The notes under the pieces are model-generated. The model did no database searches. It saw only the letters and a list, made by a program, of their open reading frames with translations, and was not told the origin of the DNA. From positions 47,554,001 to 47,618,000 of the forward strand of contig OX597836.1 of NCBI GenBank assembly GCA_951406725.2: a stretch of 64,000 nucleotides of DNA, read 5' to 3'. The DNA is from Octopus vulgaris (lineage: Eukaryota). The position numbers and the translations under genes are program-made. Of the stretch, positions 1-11,935 are shown one piece after another (the stretch's first letter is position 1; each line of letters starts with the position of its first letter).

Positions 1-218
1 GAAGTTGTTACCAGGCACTGGTATATTATGTTTGCTGGTACAGTTCCCATTTAATGGACATGTGTTTCTGCACTTGAAATTGCATCCATGTTATGTTGGA
101 GATGATGATGATGCTGCTGATGATAATGTAGTAAGTTGGTTGTCAGTAATTCTTAGTGATGATGCAATGGTGTTTTTAAAGTTAATGTTTGTGTGAATTC
201 ATTATTACACCCATATAT
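1..218 (-). mobile_element. Penelope-like element fragment (Cys-rich linker leading into the GIY-YIG endonuclease), decayed
   Basis: The minus strand reads ...GCNFKCRNTCPLNGNCTS / NIIYQCLVTT across one frameshift. This matches the C-x-C...CPLxGxC...IIYQ motif preceding Penelope GIY-YIG domains. Confidence 0.6.
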
Positions 219-228
219 ATATATTTAT

Positions 229-259
<31 letters not shown>

Positions 260-277
260 TACATACATATATATGTA

Positions 278-666
278 TACTCTTTTACTCTTTTACTTGT
301 TTCAGTCATTTGACTGCGGCCATGCTGAGCACCGCCTTTAGTCGAGCAAATCGACCCAGTACTTATTCTATCGGTCTCTTTTGCCGAACCGCTAATTGAC
401 GGGGACGTAAACACACCAGCATCGGTTGTCAGGCAATGCTAGAGTGACAAACACAGACATGCAAACATATACATACACATACATATATATATATACATAT
501 ATACGACATGCTTCTTTCAGTTTCCGTCTACCAAATCCACTCACAAGGCTTTGGTCGGCCCGGGGCTATAGCAGAAAACACTTGCCCAAGATGCCACGCA
601 GTGGGACTGAACCCGGAACCATGTGGCTGGTTAGCAAGCTACTTACCATACAGCCACTCCTGCGCC
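278..666 (-). mobile_element. tRNA-derived SINE family A (possibly octopus OK-type), near full length
   Basis: The reverse complement starts GGCGCAGGAGTGGCTG (A box), has GGTTCAGTCCC (B box) and an internal (TA/TG)n tract, and ends in (GTAAAAGA)n. About 15 near-identical copies occur in the window. Confidence 0.9.
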
Positions 667-1200
667 ACTCCTGCGTATATAGACATTAGGATTGCAAGAT
701 GTGTTTAATATTTTTCAAAATATTTTGTTCAATAGGCATTTGAAATGTTTGTGCTAGAAAATGTGAAAGTGGAAGTTACTAACAAAAAAAACCCAGATAT
801 ATCAACAACCTAGACACAACAGCCAAAAAGAAATACATGCAAATGTATCATAAGCCAAAACGACTTTACCAATTGTCCATAAATAAACAGTTGAAGGTTA
901 GCGAGATATCTAGCCTTAAGCAATTGGAGAAATTAGCTTTGTTTAGTAAACAGTTAAATGCAGACTTCAACCTTCAAAAATCTACAGATAATGTTTATCA
1001 ATACACATTATTCAAGGTGGATGTAGTTTATGTTAACTGTTCTGATCAACATTCGTTCAAGCTGAAGTCCTCAGCACTGGTACAGTGAATGTTTAAGAAT
1101 AATAATAATAACTAATAACTGTCAGTAATTCTTGGTGAGGATGCAATGATGTTTTTGAAGTTAATGTTAGTTTGACTTCATTATTACAACCACATATATA

Positions 1201-1650
1201 AGGAACCTGTGGTAGAGGTAGACCCAAGAAGACATGGGAGATGGTTGTGAAGCATGATCTTCAACCTTTGGTCCTCATGGAGTTCTTTGCGAAGATCTGT
1301 CATGCCAAGTGAAATCAGTCGTGGTTGGTGCTGGTGTCAAATAACTGGCACCCTTTCAAGCGTTGGGTTTCACAGAGGCAAGGTGGGCAAATGCAGTGGC
1401 TTGTAAACAGCATCTTTCGAGTGTTAGGCCTCACAGAGGCAATGACCAATGACCGAGACCTTTGATATTATGCCATGCTTGAGTAGAAGAGACACATCGA
1501 GCCAAGTGAAATCATAGTCGTGGCTGATGTCACACAAATGGCACCTGTGCCAGCAGCATGTAAAAGCACCCACTACACTCTGGTATTAGGAAGGGTATCT
1601 AGCCATAGAAATCATGCCAAATGAGACTAGAATTTGGCACAGACTAGAGT
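1201..1650 (+). mobile_element. RTE-clade LINE 3' end remnant with 3' UTR
   Basis: Translates GTCGRGRPKKTWEMVVKHDL (RTE C-terminal RGRPxxTW motif), followed by the AAAAGCACC...TTAGGAAGGG block shared with the other RTE-tail copies here. Confidence 0.7.
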
Positions 1651-2140
1651 TTGTCCAAAGAGTCAGAAAGGTGCTCAGCAAGAAATGGAAACAAAATGGA
1701 AAGGAGAAAAACTCATGATAATAATAATAATAACAAGAGCACTCAAACAACTGACATTTTCCACCACAGCCAGCAAAGGAAGCTGAGAGTTTTCATGAAA
1801 TAATAATTATAATCATCTGAAGAAAAGCAGAATCTTTTCTCACGTACACAAGGCCTAACAATTACCCTGCAACTCTGACAATGACGCATACCAAACAACC
1901 TGTACAAACAAAATCAAACAGGAAAAACAAACAAACATAGCTATGATAAAGAAAAAAAAAAACAGCCTTATCACAAAAGGGAAAGATATCGTTATTCACG
2001 GTTTGTATTGCAGATGTGGAGTTTACAGAATCAAAGTACACACAGTGAAAGTTGTGTTGCCATGGTTTTTTAATTTTTTTTTTTTTTTTGTGATAACTAC
2101 AAGATGCTCCCAAAATGATAACTGCAAATGAATAATTTAC

Positions 2141-2407
2141 CTATAAATAATTGCAGTATGATAGAATTGGCTTTGGACAATTGATGTATTTCAAATCTGG
2201 AATAAACATGGTGCACAAACGGCTCTTTATTTGTGATGGGAATAGCATTTGTCAGTGAGCCAGGTAACAGGTACATGAATAACCAGACGGCAAACGAGCA
2301 GCAATTTGTTGATAAACACCTGGTAATTGAAACTAGCAGAAATGGAATACAATTTGGGTTGTTGAAATAGGTGTGCAATGAAGTATGACTGTACAAGTTC
2401 TCAACAT
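2141..2407 (-). other. Candidate 267-nt internal exon (phase 1-1) of an unidentified minus-strand host gene
   Basis: Acceptor cttctcttttatccattctttcag| and donor ATAG|gtaaat. Only one frame is open across it (DVENLYSHTSL...IILQLFI). Non-repetitive sequence, but no protein family recognised. Confidence 0.3.
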
Positions 2408-2566
2408 CTGAAAGAATGGATAAAAGAGAAGTTTTCTCACTCAATTCATTCACTTATTTTTAGGCCTACAATTTTAATCCAGATAGTAATCTAAATTTCT
2501 TCATCAGTACATCTACCTGTGTATTTCCTCTAATAATTGGTGTACTAACTTCTATAATAACATAAC

Positions 2567-2580
2567 GTGTGTGTGTGTGT

Positions 2581-2629
<49 letters not shown>

Positions 2630-2676
2630 AGTGAGTGAGTGTGAGTGCATGTGCACACACACACACACACACACAC
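2567..2676. repeat. (TG)n followed by (CA)n microsatellite
   Basis: Directly visible dinucleotide arrays. Confidence 0.95.
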
Positions 2677-2964
2677 GTGTATGCACTTATTCATATTTAA
2701 GGCAGCAGGGATTATGTTTCAGAAATGTAATCCCAGTTTACCCGCCACACAAATAAGTATTTACCAAAACCTTATATTCTTCAAAGACCAGCAGACAAGC
2801 TTGCAGTGACTATGTTCTTGTTTTGTATCACAAAATAAACAAGAAACTGTATGTACACACACACACACAAACACAAACACACCATCATCAAATCAACAAG
2901 AAAGTTGCCTGGATTCCAATATTTGTCTCAAAAAACTTAGTCATCAGGTAAAAATGTATGTTAA

Positions 2965-3178
2965 CCCTTTAGATTCAGATGACTGTCATATGTAAGGATT
3001 ACTTCATTCTTACCATTTTGAATTAATCAGGCATTGTGTCATAGCTTTGAGATTTCAATGATGTGATTGTTTATTCTAAAAATGACATTTTATGGTATGT
3101 GCAAGAGGCAGGATCTGGTTGCTTTGAACATAAAACAGAATATTTTGGCCTTCTATGGCCAGTTTACATGTTCAAGGG
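2965..3178. mobile_element. piggyBac-type MITE (~215-220 bp family)
   Basis: TTAA|CCCTTTAG...CAAGGG|TTAA; internal sequence shared with the copies at 5819, 18014 and 34319. Confidence 0.85.
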
Positions 3179-3203
3179 TTAAGCTAGTTGTCAATGGAAA
3201 ATA

Positions 3204-3420
3204 TATTTCTTTACTACCCACAAGGGGCTAAACACAGAGGGGACAAACAAACGGATTAAGTCGATTACATCGACCCCAGTGCGTAACTGGTACTTAATTC
3301 ATCGACCCCGAAAGGATGAAAGGCAAAGTCGACCACAGCGGAATTTGAACTCAGAACGTAACGGCAGCAGACGAAATATGGCTACGCATTTCGCCCGGCG
3401 TGCTAACGATTCTGCCAGCT
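3204..3420 (-). mobile_element. tRNA-derived SINE family B with Meta-domain-like core
   Basis: The reverse complement has the B box GAGTTCAAATTCC and CCTTTCATCCTTTCGGGGTCGAT..TAAGTACCAG, which I recall as the MetaSINE core; tail GGTAGTAAAGAAATA. Confidence 0.85.
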
Positions 3421-3982
3421 TGCAGAATAGTTAGCACGTGATTGTTTATTCTAAAAATGACATTTTATGGTATGTGCAAGAGGCAGGATCTGGTTACTTT
3501 GAACATAGAGCAGAATATTTTGGCCTTCTATGGCCAGTTTACATGTCCAAGGGTTAAGCTAGTTGTCAATGGAAAATAACATTCATTAACTGTTCATATG
3601 ATCTCTATGAACAAAGCCACTAATTTTGGGCAAGAGAAAAGAGAAAGAACTGGTTATATTGACTCTTAGGGGTCCTGTTATCATTGGGTGTAGCAATGCT
3701 TATCAATCAAATGCAACATAATATCTACTAATATAATATATACACACCAGTACAACAGAGGCTAGTTTGTGTTTAAAACACCACTCAGGAAATGAGGAAT
3801 GACTGAGATACCAAAATTATGTAGTGAGTGATGGAAGGAAAATTACAGACATTATTGATGACTTACAATATGATAATTGGAGTAATTTTACAAGCATTTA
3901 GTTTATTTTATATAGCAATTTGTAGTAAATAGTATCATTGGTAACAGTTTTATAATAGGCCACTCATTGTCTTTATTATTTA

Positions 3983-4339
3983 TCTTTTACTTGCTTCAGT
4001 CATTAGAATTTTTTGCTGAATGAATTTTTTGCTGAATGAATTAACCCTGGTATTTTTTTTTTTAAGCCTGGTACTTATTCTACAAGTCTCTTTTGCCGAA
4101 CTGCTAAGTTACAAGGATGTAAACACGCCAACACCAGTTGTCTAATGGTAGTGGAGGATAAACACACACACATACAATGGGCTTCTTTCAGTTTCCATCT
4201 ACCAAATCCACTCACAAAGCTTTGGTCAGCCAAAAGCTATAGTAGAAGATACAAGCTCAAGGTGCCACACAGTGGAACTGAACCCAGAACCATGTGGTTG
4301 GGAAACAAGCTTCTTTACCCCACAGCCACACCTATGCCT
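3983..4339 (-). mobile_element. SINE family A, older diverged copy
   Basis: Colinear similarity to 278-666 with more substitutions. Confidence 0.8.
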
Positions 4340-4848
4340 ATAATTCACATCAATTCCATAAGAAATGTTATTTTAGCAGTTAGAAAATTTATGTTGTTTA
4401 GAAAATTTATGAATAACAAACCATTTACTGATGGCGATAGGGAAGGACTAAATATTATAAGCAAACTTTAATTTATTATAAAATTTGTTTTGACAAGAAC
4501 TGGGTCTCTCCTTACAGCCTAGTCATCTAGCAAAATATGCAGTAAGGTAAAATTTAAAGAATGAGTCAAAATGAAATATATAACAGTTTCATTTCTGAAT
4601 GCTCATATCAGGCTAACAACATTTAAAACGAAAAGATATGAAAATATCTAAGCATTAGTATTTGAAAACTCTGGGGACTAAAGGTATTGTTATTTATCAG
4701 CAGCTCAATACTTATCAAGTAAGTCCAACTATACTTGATAGTGTAGTAGAATTTGTAAGGAAAAACAATGTAACAAAATGCTAGGGGGGAGGAGGTGGGG
4801 ACATGTAATGATTTTGTTTTTTTAATAATGGCATAGTTACCTTCCCAC

Positions 4849-4887
<39 letters not shown>

Positions 4888-4890
<3 letters not shown>

Positions 4891-5095
4891 TCTTTTACTT
4901 GTTTCAGTCATTTGACTGCAGCCATGCTGGAGCACCGCCTTTAGTCGAGCAACTCGACCCCGGGACTTATTCTTTTTTTGTAAGCCCAGTACTTATTCTA
5001 TCGGCCTCTTTTTGCCGAACCGCTAAGTGACGGGGACGTAAACACACCAGCATCGGTTGTCAAGCAATGCTAGGGGAACAAACACAGACACACAA

Positions 5096-5128
<33 letters not shown>

Positions 5129-5296
5129 CATACATATATACGACAGGCTTCTTTCAGTTTCCGTCTACCAAATCCACTCACAAGGCATTGGTCGGCCCGG
5201 GGCTATAGCAGAAGACACTTGCCCAAGATGCCATGCAGTGGGACTGAACCTGGAACCATGTGGTTGGTTAGCAAACTACTTACCATACGGCCACTC

Positions 5297-5299
<3 letters not shown>
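4888..5299 (-). mobile_element. SINE family A, full length
   Basis: Same head, B box and tail as 278-666; embedded in (TA)n. Confidence 0.9.
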
Positions 5300-5330
<31 letters not shown>

Positions 5331-5419
5331 GGTGGGCTAAAAGTCACACACAATACAAGTTCAATATATTCCAGAATTGTCAAAGATATGCTTCAATTTT
5401 TCTAAAATTGAATCAAGTA

Positions 5420-5772
5420 AACACCGCCTTTAGTCGAGCAACTCGACTCTGGGACTTATTCTTTTGTAACTCCAGTACTTATTCTATCGGTCTCTTTTTG
5501 CCGAACCACTAAGTGACGGGGACATAAACACACCAGCATCGGTTGTCAAACAATGCTAGGGGGACAAACACAGACACACAAACACACACACGCATATATA
5601 TACATATATACGATGGGTTTCTTTCAGTTTCCATCTACCAAATCCACTCACAAGGCTTTGGTCGGCCCGAGGCTATAGTAGAAGACACTTGCACAAGGTG
5701 CCACGCAGTGGGACAGAACCCGGAACCATGTGGTTGGTAAGCAAGCTACTTACCACACAGCCACTCCTGCGC
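5420..5772 (-). mobile_element. SINE family A lacking its 3' tail
   Basis: Starts at CACCGCCTTTAGTCGAG and ends at the head CCACTCCTGCG. Confidence 0.85.
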
Positions 5773-5818
5773 TCTTTTCTTGTGCAAATAAAATAAAACT
5801 TTTTTTTTTTTCTTTTAA

Positions 5819-6037
5819 CCCTTTAGTGTTCCAATTATCCTATCAAACATAATGCTTATTGATTCCCATTGATTTGAATTAATCATGCATTATCTCATAT
5901 CTTCAAGATCTTGATGGTGTAATTACCTAATATAGAATAACATTGTAGGGTAGGTGTGAGAGCCTGGATCTGGTCAGTTTGAACATAAAACAGATGAAAT
6001 ATTTTGGCCGGATATGGCCGGTTTAAATACTAAAGGG
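5819..6037. mobile_element. piggyBac-type MITE
   Basis: TTAA|CCCTTTAG...CTAAAGGG|TTAA, i.e. perfect terminal IR and TTAA TSD. Confidence 0.9.
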
Positions 6038-6406
6038 TTAACGAGTATTATATCTGACAAAATAATCTGAATGCCAATGGGTTAAGCCTTATTATACAGA
6101 TCTGTGACAAAATGCCTGCAATGAAATTCAAACTCAATAATTTCGAATCTGATACCATTGTCCAATATCATATGCATTATGCAATGTCACTTTTACTAAT
6201 CTCCTTACCCCCCCCCCCAAAAAAAATAAATAAACAAAACAAAATTACCTAGACATTTTAGTGTGTATATTTATACCAGTAAGTACAAATACTAAAATGT
6301 TTAGAGAAAGTTTTAAAAAATCTTTGTGCATGTGTGTGTGTATATACTTTATATCTATACACACATATATCTATACATACATACATGTGTGTGTGTGTGT
6401 GTGTGC

Positions 6407-6609
6407 ATGTATGTATATATATGTGCATATATGTACAACTATATATATATATATGTTTGTATGTATGTATGTATATATATGTGCATATATGTACAACTAT
6501 ATATATATATATGTTTGTATGTATGTATGTATATATATATGTGCATATATGTACAACTATATATATATATGTTTGTATGTATATATATGCGCATATATGT
6601 ACAACTATG

Positions 6610-6630
<21 letters not shown>
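6407..6630. repeat. Minisatellite, ~55-60-bp unit x4, built from TA/TG microsatellite
   Basis: The anchor GCATATATGTACAACTAT recurs four times with variable (TA)n. Confidence 0.9.
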
Positions 6631-6652
<22 letters not shown>

Positions 6653-7202
6653 CAAGAGAGAGATATGTGTGTATTTGTATATATATGTGTGTGTGTGTAT
6701 GTATGTATGTTTATATATATATATATATATATAATCTGTAATTGTGACATGCATGAATTTTCAATGGCACCAATGATGTAAATGGTGAAGTGAAATTATT
6801 ATATTTCCTTTGCATTTGAAACCATGTCAGAGACTAGGCTTAGTTCAGTGAGAATTCACAGCAACATCCACAGACAACTGTGCCTGCCAGCCTACCATGC
6901 AGTGTGCAAAGACAATGGCTATGTCTCAAGTGACAAGGAAACAATTACGGTAATTGGGTTAGTATGATTAAATCAATCCTAATGTTATGTTATCAGTGCT
7001 GAACTATTTTATATAATACAAATGCCTGATACAGTCTATATCTCTTGTGCTGTCAAATGATTTTGTACAGATGCCACTCCACACCACTGCGTAAAAACAA
7101 TATACTAATAAAAAGTGAGTGGTAGCAAAAAAGCATTCTGAACAAAAGAAGGGAATCTACAATATATGAAAAAAAAAAAAAAAAAAAAAATTAACAGTAA
7201 CA

Positions 7203-7369
7203 TAGGGATGGATATGTGGTAAGTAGCTTGTTTACCAACCACATGGTTCCAGGTTCAGTCCCACTGCGTGGCATCTTGGGCAAGTGTCTTCTACTATAGC
7301 CCCGGGCCGACCAATGCCTTGTGAGTGGATTTGGTAGACGGAAACTGAAAGAAGCCTGTCGTATATATG

Positions 7370-7409
<40 letters not shown>

Positions 7410-7612
7410 TCTGTGTTCGTCCCCCTAGCATTGCTTGACAACCAATGCTGGTGTGTTTACGTCCCTGTAACTTAGCGGTTCGGCAAAAGAGACCGATAGA
7501 ATAAGTACTGGGCTTACAAAAGGATAAGTCCCGGGGTCGATTTGCTCGACTAAAGGCGGTGCTCCAGCATGGCCGCAGTCAAATGATTGAAACAAGTAAA
7601 AGAGTAAAGAGT
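7203..7612 (+). mobile_element. SINE family A, full length
   Basis: Head ...TGTGGTAAGTAGC, B box GGTTCAGTCCC, tail AAGTAAAAGAGTAAAGAG. Confidence 0.9.
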
Positions 7613-7620
7613 AATAGGCA

Positions 7621-7776
7621 TAGGCATGGATATGTGGTAAGAAGATTGCTTACCAATCCCATGGTTCCAGGTTCAGTTCCGTTGCATGGCACCTTGTGCA
7701 AGTGTTTTCTACTCTAGTCTCAGGCTGACCAAAGCCTTGTAATTAGATTTGATGGACACAAACTGAAAGAAGTTTG

Positions 7777-7835
<59 letters not shown>

Positions 7836-8050
7836 TGTGTGCATGCGTGTGTGCGTGCGTGTGTGTGTGCCCGCGCCTGTCCCCCACCACTGCTTCGACA
7901 ACCAGTGTTGGTGTGTTTACACAACTTAGCAGTTCAGCAAAAGACCTGACAAAATAAATACATACTGGGGTCGATTCTTTCTACTAAAATTCTTCAAGGT
8001 GGTGCCCCAGCATGGCCACATATCCAAGACTATAACAAGCCAAAGACAAA
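7621..8050 (+). mobile_element. SINE family A, older copy in tandem with the previous one
   Basis: Diverged but colinear; expanded internal (TG)n. Confidence 0.8.
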
Positions 8051-8210
8051 AGATAAAATAAAAAGTCACTGACTGTACTGACGAAACCTTTTGCCTATGA
8101 GGGCAGTTGTAACAAGCCTAACATAGTAGGATACTGAAGATGTAATTGTATCTGAGTATTTGGTTCTGAGTTCAAATCCTACAGGCTCTGACTTCACTTA
8201 TCTTTTTCTT

Positions 8211-8385
8211 ATCATCATCATCATTTAAAGTCTTCTCTTCCATACTGGCATGCACTGGACAGTTTGACAGGAGCTGGCAAGGCCAGGAGCCACACCCAGT
8301 TCCACAGTCGGTTTTGGCAGAGTTTCTATGTTTGGATGCCCTTCCTAACACCAACCACTTTACTGGGTGCTTTTTACGTGGCTCC
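8211..8385 (-). mobile_element. RTE-tail short element fragment
   Basis: (ATC)n tail and GGATGCCCTTCCTAAC, the reverse complement of the block at 57360. Confidence 0.7.
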
Positions 8386-9441
8386 ACAAATTTAAATTAG
8401 GTACTGGTAACATTGATAAGATGATGCTTTGGCAGACTTGTTACAGCATCAAACAAAATAAATACTTTTGCATTATTTAGTAGCAGCAGCTCTTTATGTC
8501 CCAATTTTGAATCTAACACAAGTTGACATTGGCATTCATTCTTCTGAAGTTAATAAAATATATTACAGTCAAATACTAGGATTGATACAATCAACTGTTG
8601 GCCACTACTCCACTCCAATCAGTAAGCCTTATCACCCATTAATGGATACCTATGATAGCCAAAGTGTTAAGCAATTGACTTAACCTGCACCAGTGTTTGG
8701 GATAAATAATCATCAAAGTTCATTTCCATGATTATAACTACCCCCTTATATAAATTAACCTCATATAAAAAAAGGAATTATCATTGCCTATAAATGTTAC
8801 ACCATACAGGGCGGATAATATCTTTAATGGGTGGATAAAACTTTTATGACTAACCATAGAGTAATTTCTATTGAGCAAATAAGAGATATAATATAAGGGT
8901 TTTTTTTGTTCGTTTGGTTGGTTGGTTGGTTTTTGTTTGCTAACAAATTGCCCTGTATGTGGTTACAGTTAAACCTCTTTCAAAACACACCCTAGTGTCT
9001 ATAAAAACAGGAAGGATAAATAAATAAATAGCATAAGTCCTGGTTAGATGAAAGAAAAAACAGGAAGCCATTCTAACTGCAGGAACACCTTTGATCACCA
9101 ATCTAATCAATCATTCTGTTAGGGGCTAAGCAACAACATTAATTTTTATTACCTAAAATCGAAACCCATTTTGTAAGAAATATAATATCAACTAAATGTG
9201 TGCATAAAGTATCCAGGAATGATAGAAATATAAACAGCATAGCCAAGGCATGAATTCTCAACCTGCTTTGTTGTCATGAGATGTAACTGAGTGCAAAGTA
9301 AATTTTTAAATGAAGAGAAGAAATAATACATTTAAATAAATGTGGAAAATATAAACTGAAATTTAGAATATAAAGTCTTAATAACAGTTTCATTTATAGA
9401 ATTAAAGAGTGCTCAATAATTTCTGTGGTTCAAATTATTTA

Positions 9442-10347
9442 CGAGGTACATTCCAGAAGATTTGTGACATTTTCTTTTTTAGGCAAAGCAGTTATAACTG
9501 TCCTAGATTATTGTAATCTCAGTATATAATTACTATACATCTAATAAGCTGACCTGCCAACCTTTGTTATTCCAGATTGAAGGAGATGGCTGTAACAACA
9601 CTTCGAACACATCCTGCTAAACACTGCTTGTCACAGCTGACTGGTTTGCAGAATGCAATCGGGATGTGAAAACAATATGGGAACTCACTATGGTGATACG
9701 GTTTTGGATTAGATAGAGCAAAAACACTAGAGAAACTTAGGAAATACTCCAAACTGCTTATGGATTAACTTTTATGAGTCAAGCATCTGGTTTTTGCTGG
9801 CACAAGAGGCTAGCTAAAGTAAGTACACTGAGAAGCTCACAAAGATCTCCTTTTTTTTATGGCAAGGGCATCACTTATATCCACTGGGTTCCTTCTAGTC
9901 AGACCGTTGACAAGGAGTACTTTGTGGAGGATTTGAGAGGGTTCAGGAAGAGATTTCATCACAAAAGGTCAGAGCTCTTCCACTCAGGTCAGTGGCACCT
10001 GCACCAGTCCACAATTTCATCTTGGTGACCAACTACTTAACAGAGACGGGCATCAAAACTGTCCCTCGTCCTCCCTACAGTCCAGGCCTTCCTCCCTCTG
10101 ACTTTTGATTGTTCTCTGAGCTGAAGAACCACAGGGGCAGTCGTTTTGAAGATGAAGGGGGCTGTGACAAAGGACCTGGAACCTTCACTTTGGAGGATTT
10201 CCATAGGGCCTTCACAAAGTGGCTCAAATATTACAACAAATGCATTGAAGTCAGAGGATCCTACTTTGAAGAGAGTAGGGGTTTGTATATTTTTTAAATA
10301 AATAAGTGTCAATTCTGCAAGTCTCAATACTTCTGGAATGCACCATG
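9442..10347 (+). mobile_element. Mariner DNA transposon remnant (internally deleted, transposase pseudogene)
   Basis: TA|CGAGGTACATTCCAGAAG matches the inverted CTTCTGGAATGCACC at the far end. Peptides FFYGKGITYIHWVPSSQTVDKEYF, WHLHQ and PYSPGLPPSDF*LFSELK correspond to mariner catalytic-domain motifs (YSPDLAPxDF). Confidence 0.85.
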
Positions 10348-11098
10348 TGTGTGTGTGTGTGTGTGTGTGTTTCTTGATAGAAAACAACACCAAAACCCCA
10401 CCAGAATGTTAATTTCACAGTAACACAAAATATCAATATGTGCAGACAGATAGAATACATTTTAACTCAACAACAACAACAACAGTATGCAGACAGATAT
10501 TGTTCCTGGTATCAAGATGAACAACAATAAACTGACTTTTGCTAATATTTTGTCCACAGGAAAGCTCTCAAAATGAAATATGTTCATAAGAGATCAAAGG
10601 CTTGGCAACAGCTTGTACACCAAAGTGGTCGGGCATTCCACAAGTTAATTGTAGAGGCCTGCGAGAGGAGTAAAAATAATGTACCTCTGTCTCATGAATG
10701 ACATGACATGATTTCTGATCTCATCAAACTCAAAATGGAGACAATCCTAGCAAACATTTTAAGTAATATTTCCTTTGTTAGAAGAGGGAGGACATATGGT
10801 ATTGTGTGTGTTATTTTTTAAACAGAGGACATGAAAAAAAAAACCAAGCCCAAAAAGTATATAAATTACCCCTAAACTGGTTTTACAATTTTTGAGGAGA
10901 AACACAAGGATCATTATTTGGGATACTGGTGATAGCATCAATTCCTGGCCAGGCATCACCTTTTGGCACAGTATGGGTAAGCAGTCTGTGCAGATGTAAT
11001 ATTTAGTGATTTGTACCAACAGAAAAATAATGCTTCAACTGGAATTTCTATCCTAACACTAGAATTGTTGATGAAGGACTCTTCTGAAATCAGACCTT

Positions 11099-11388
11099 AC
11101 TATCGTTACCAGCGTTGCCTTACTGGCACTTGTGCCGGTGGCATGTGAAAAAACATTCGAGCGAGGTCGTTGCCAGTACCACCTGACTGGCCCCAGTGTC
11201 AGTGGCACGTAAAAGCACCCACTACATTCTCGGGGTGGTTAGCGTTAAGAAGGGCATCCAGCCGTAGAAACTCTGCCAGATCAAGACTGGAGCCTGGTGC
11301 AGCCATCTGGTTTGCCAGTCCTCAGTCAAATCATCCAACCCATGCTAGGATGGAAAGCGGACGTTAAACATTGATGATGATGATGATG
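11099..11388 (+). mobile_element. RTE-tail short element
   Basis: GGCACGTAAAAGCACC, AAGGGCATCCAGCCGTAGAAAC and a (GAT)n tail; homologous to 57160-57503. Confidence 0.8.
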
Positions 11389-11619
11389 TGGTCAGGTAGA
11401 ATTACCATGGACATGCAAGTTTTCATTTTCCCTACAAAACAATACCAGAGCTGAGTCCTGTAAAGTAGTGTTGAAAGGAAGACCTTAAAGCAAAAGTAGA
11501 TGACCCCAACAGTTGTATCCATCCAAAAGCTTTCTGCATAGAAAGTCCAAAAGAGCAAAAGCAACAACAAATCATCGGGAGTCAGTCTTAAACCAACATC
11601 AACTTTGTCTTTCAACATT

Positions 11620-11935
11620 TTGGGTCCAATGAAATAAGTACCAGTTAAATACTGGGGTCGATGTAATCAACTTGCTCCCTTCCTCAAAATTTCAGGCCTT
11701 GTGCCTACAATAGAAAGTATAATTATTATTGTTAAGCCAGAAAGCTGACAGAACTGTTCGTATCCTGGGAAAAATGCTTAGCAGCATTTCATCTGTCTTG
11801 GCATTCAGAGTTTAAATCTTGCTTTTCGTCCTTTCAGGTTCAATGAAATAAGTACCAGTTATGCACTGGAGTCAATCTAATTGACTATCCCCCTCTTTTC
11901 ACCAAAATTTTCAAGGCCTTCTGCCCAGAGTAGAA
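11620..11935 (+). mobile_element. Two SINE family B fragments in tandem
   Basis: The ATAAGTACCAGTT...CTGG(G/A)GTC core occurs twice, each followed by an AGGCCTT..GCC..AGTAGAAA-type tail. Confidence 0.65.

Noticed and set aside
426-708. Recurrent ORFs such as ...RLPNPLTRLWSARGYSRRHLPK... (also at 5057, 19525, 23251, 61529)
   Set aside because: Antisense read-through of SINE A, not a gene family.
837-1088. 83-aa plus-strand ORF in unique DNA
   Set aside because: No recognisable motif or convincing splice signals; its length is compatible with chance.
6407-6630. Repeat-spacer-like periodicity suggesting CRISPR
   Set aside because: The spacers are just variable (TA)n, the context is eukaryotic and there are no cas genes.
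6261-6781. ORFs of 100-150 aa rich in Y/I/C/V/M
   Set aside because: Translations of TA/TG micro- and minisatellite.
10559-10690. Plus-strand exon after the acceptor ttttgtccacag
   Set aside because: No good donor. The minus strand has INLWNARP, suggesting a decayed LINE end, but this is too weak to call.
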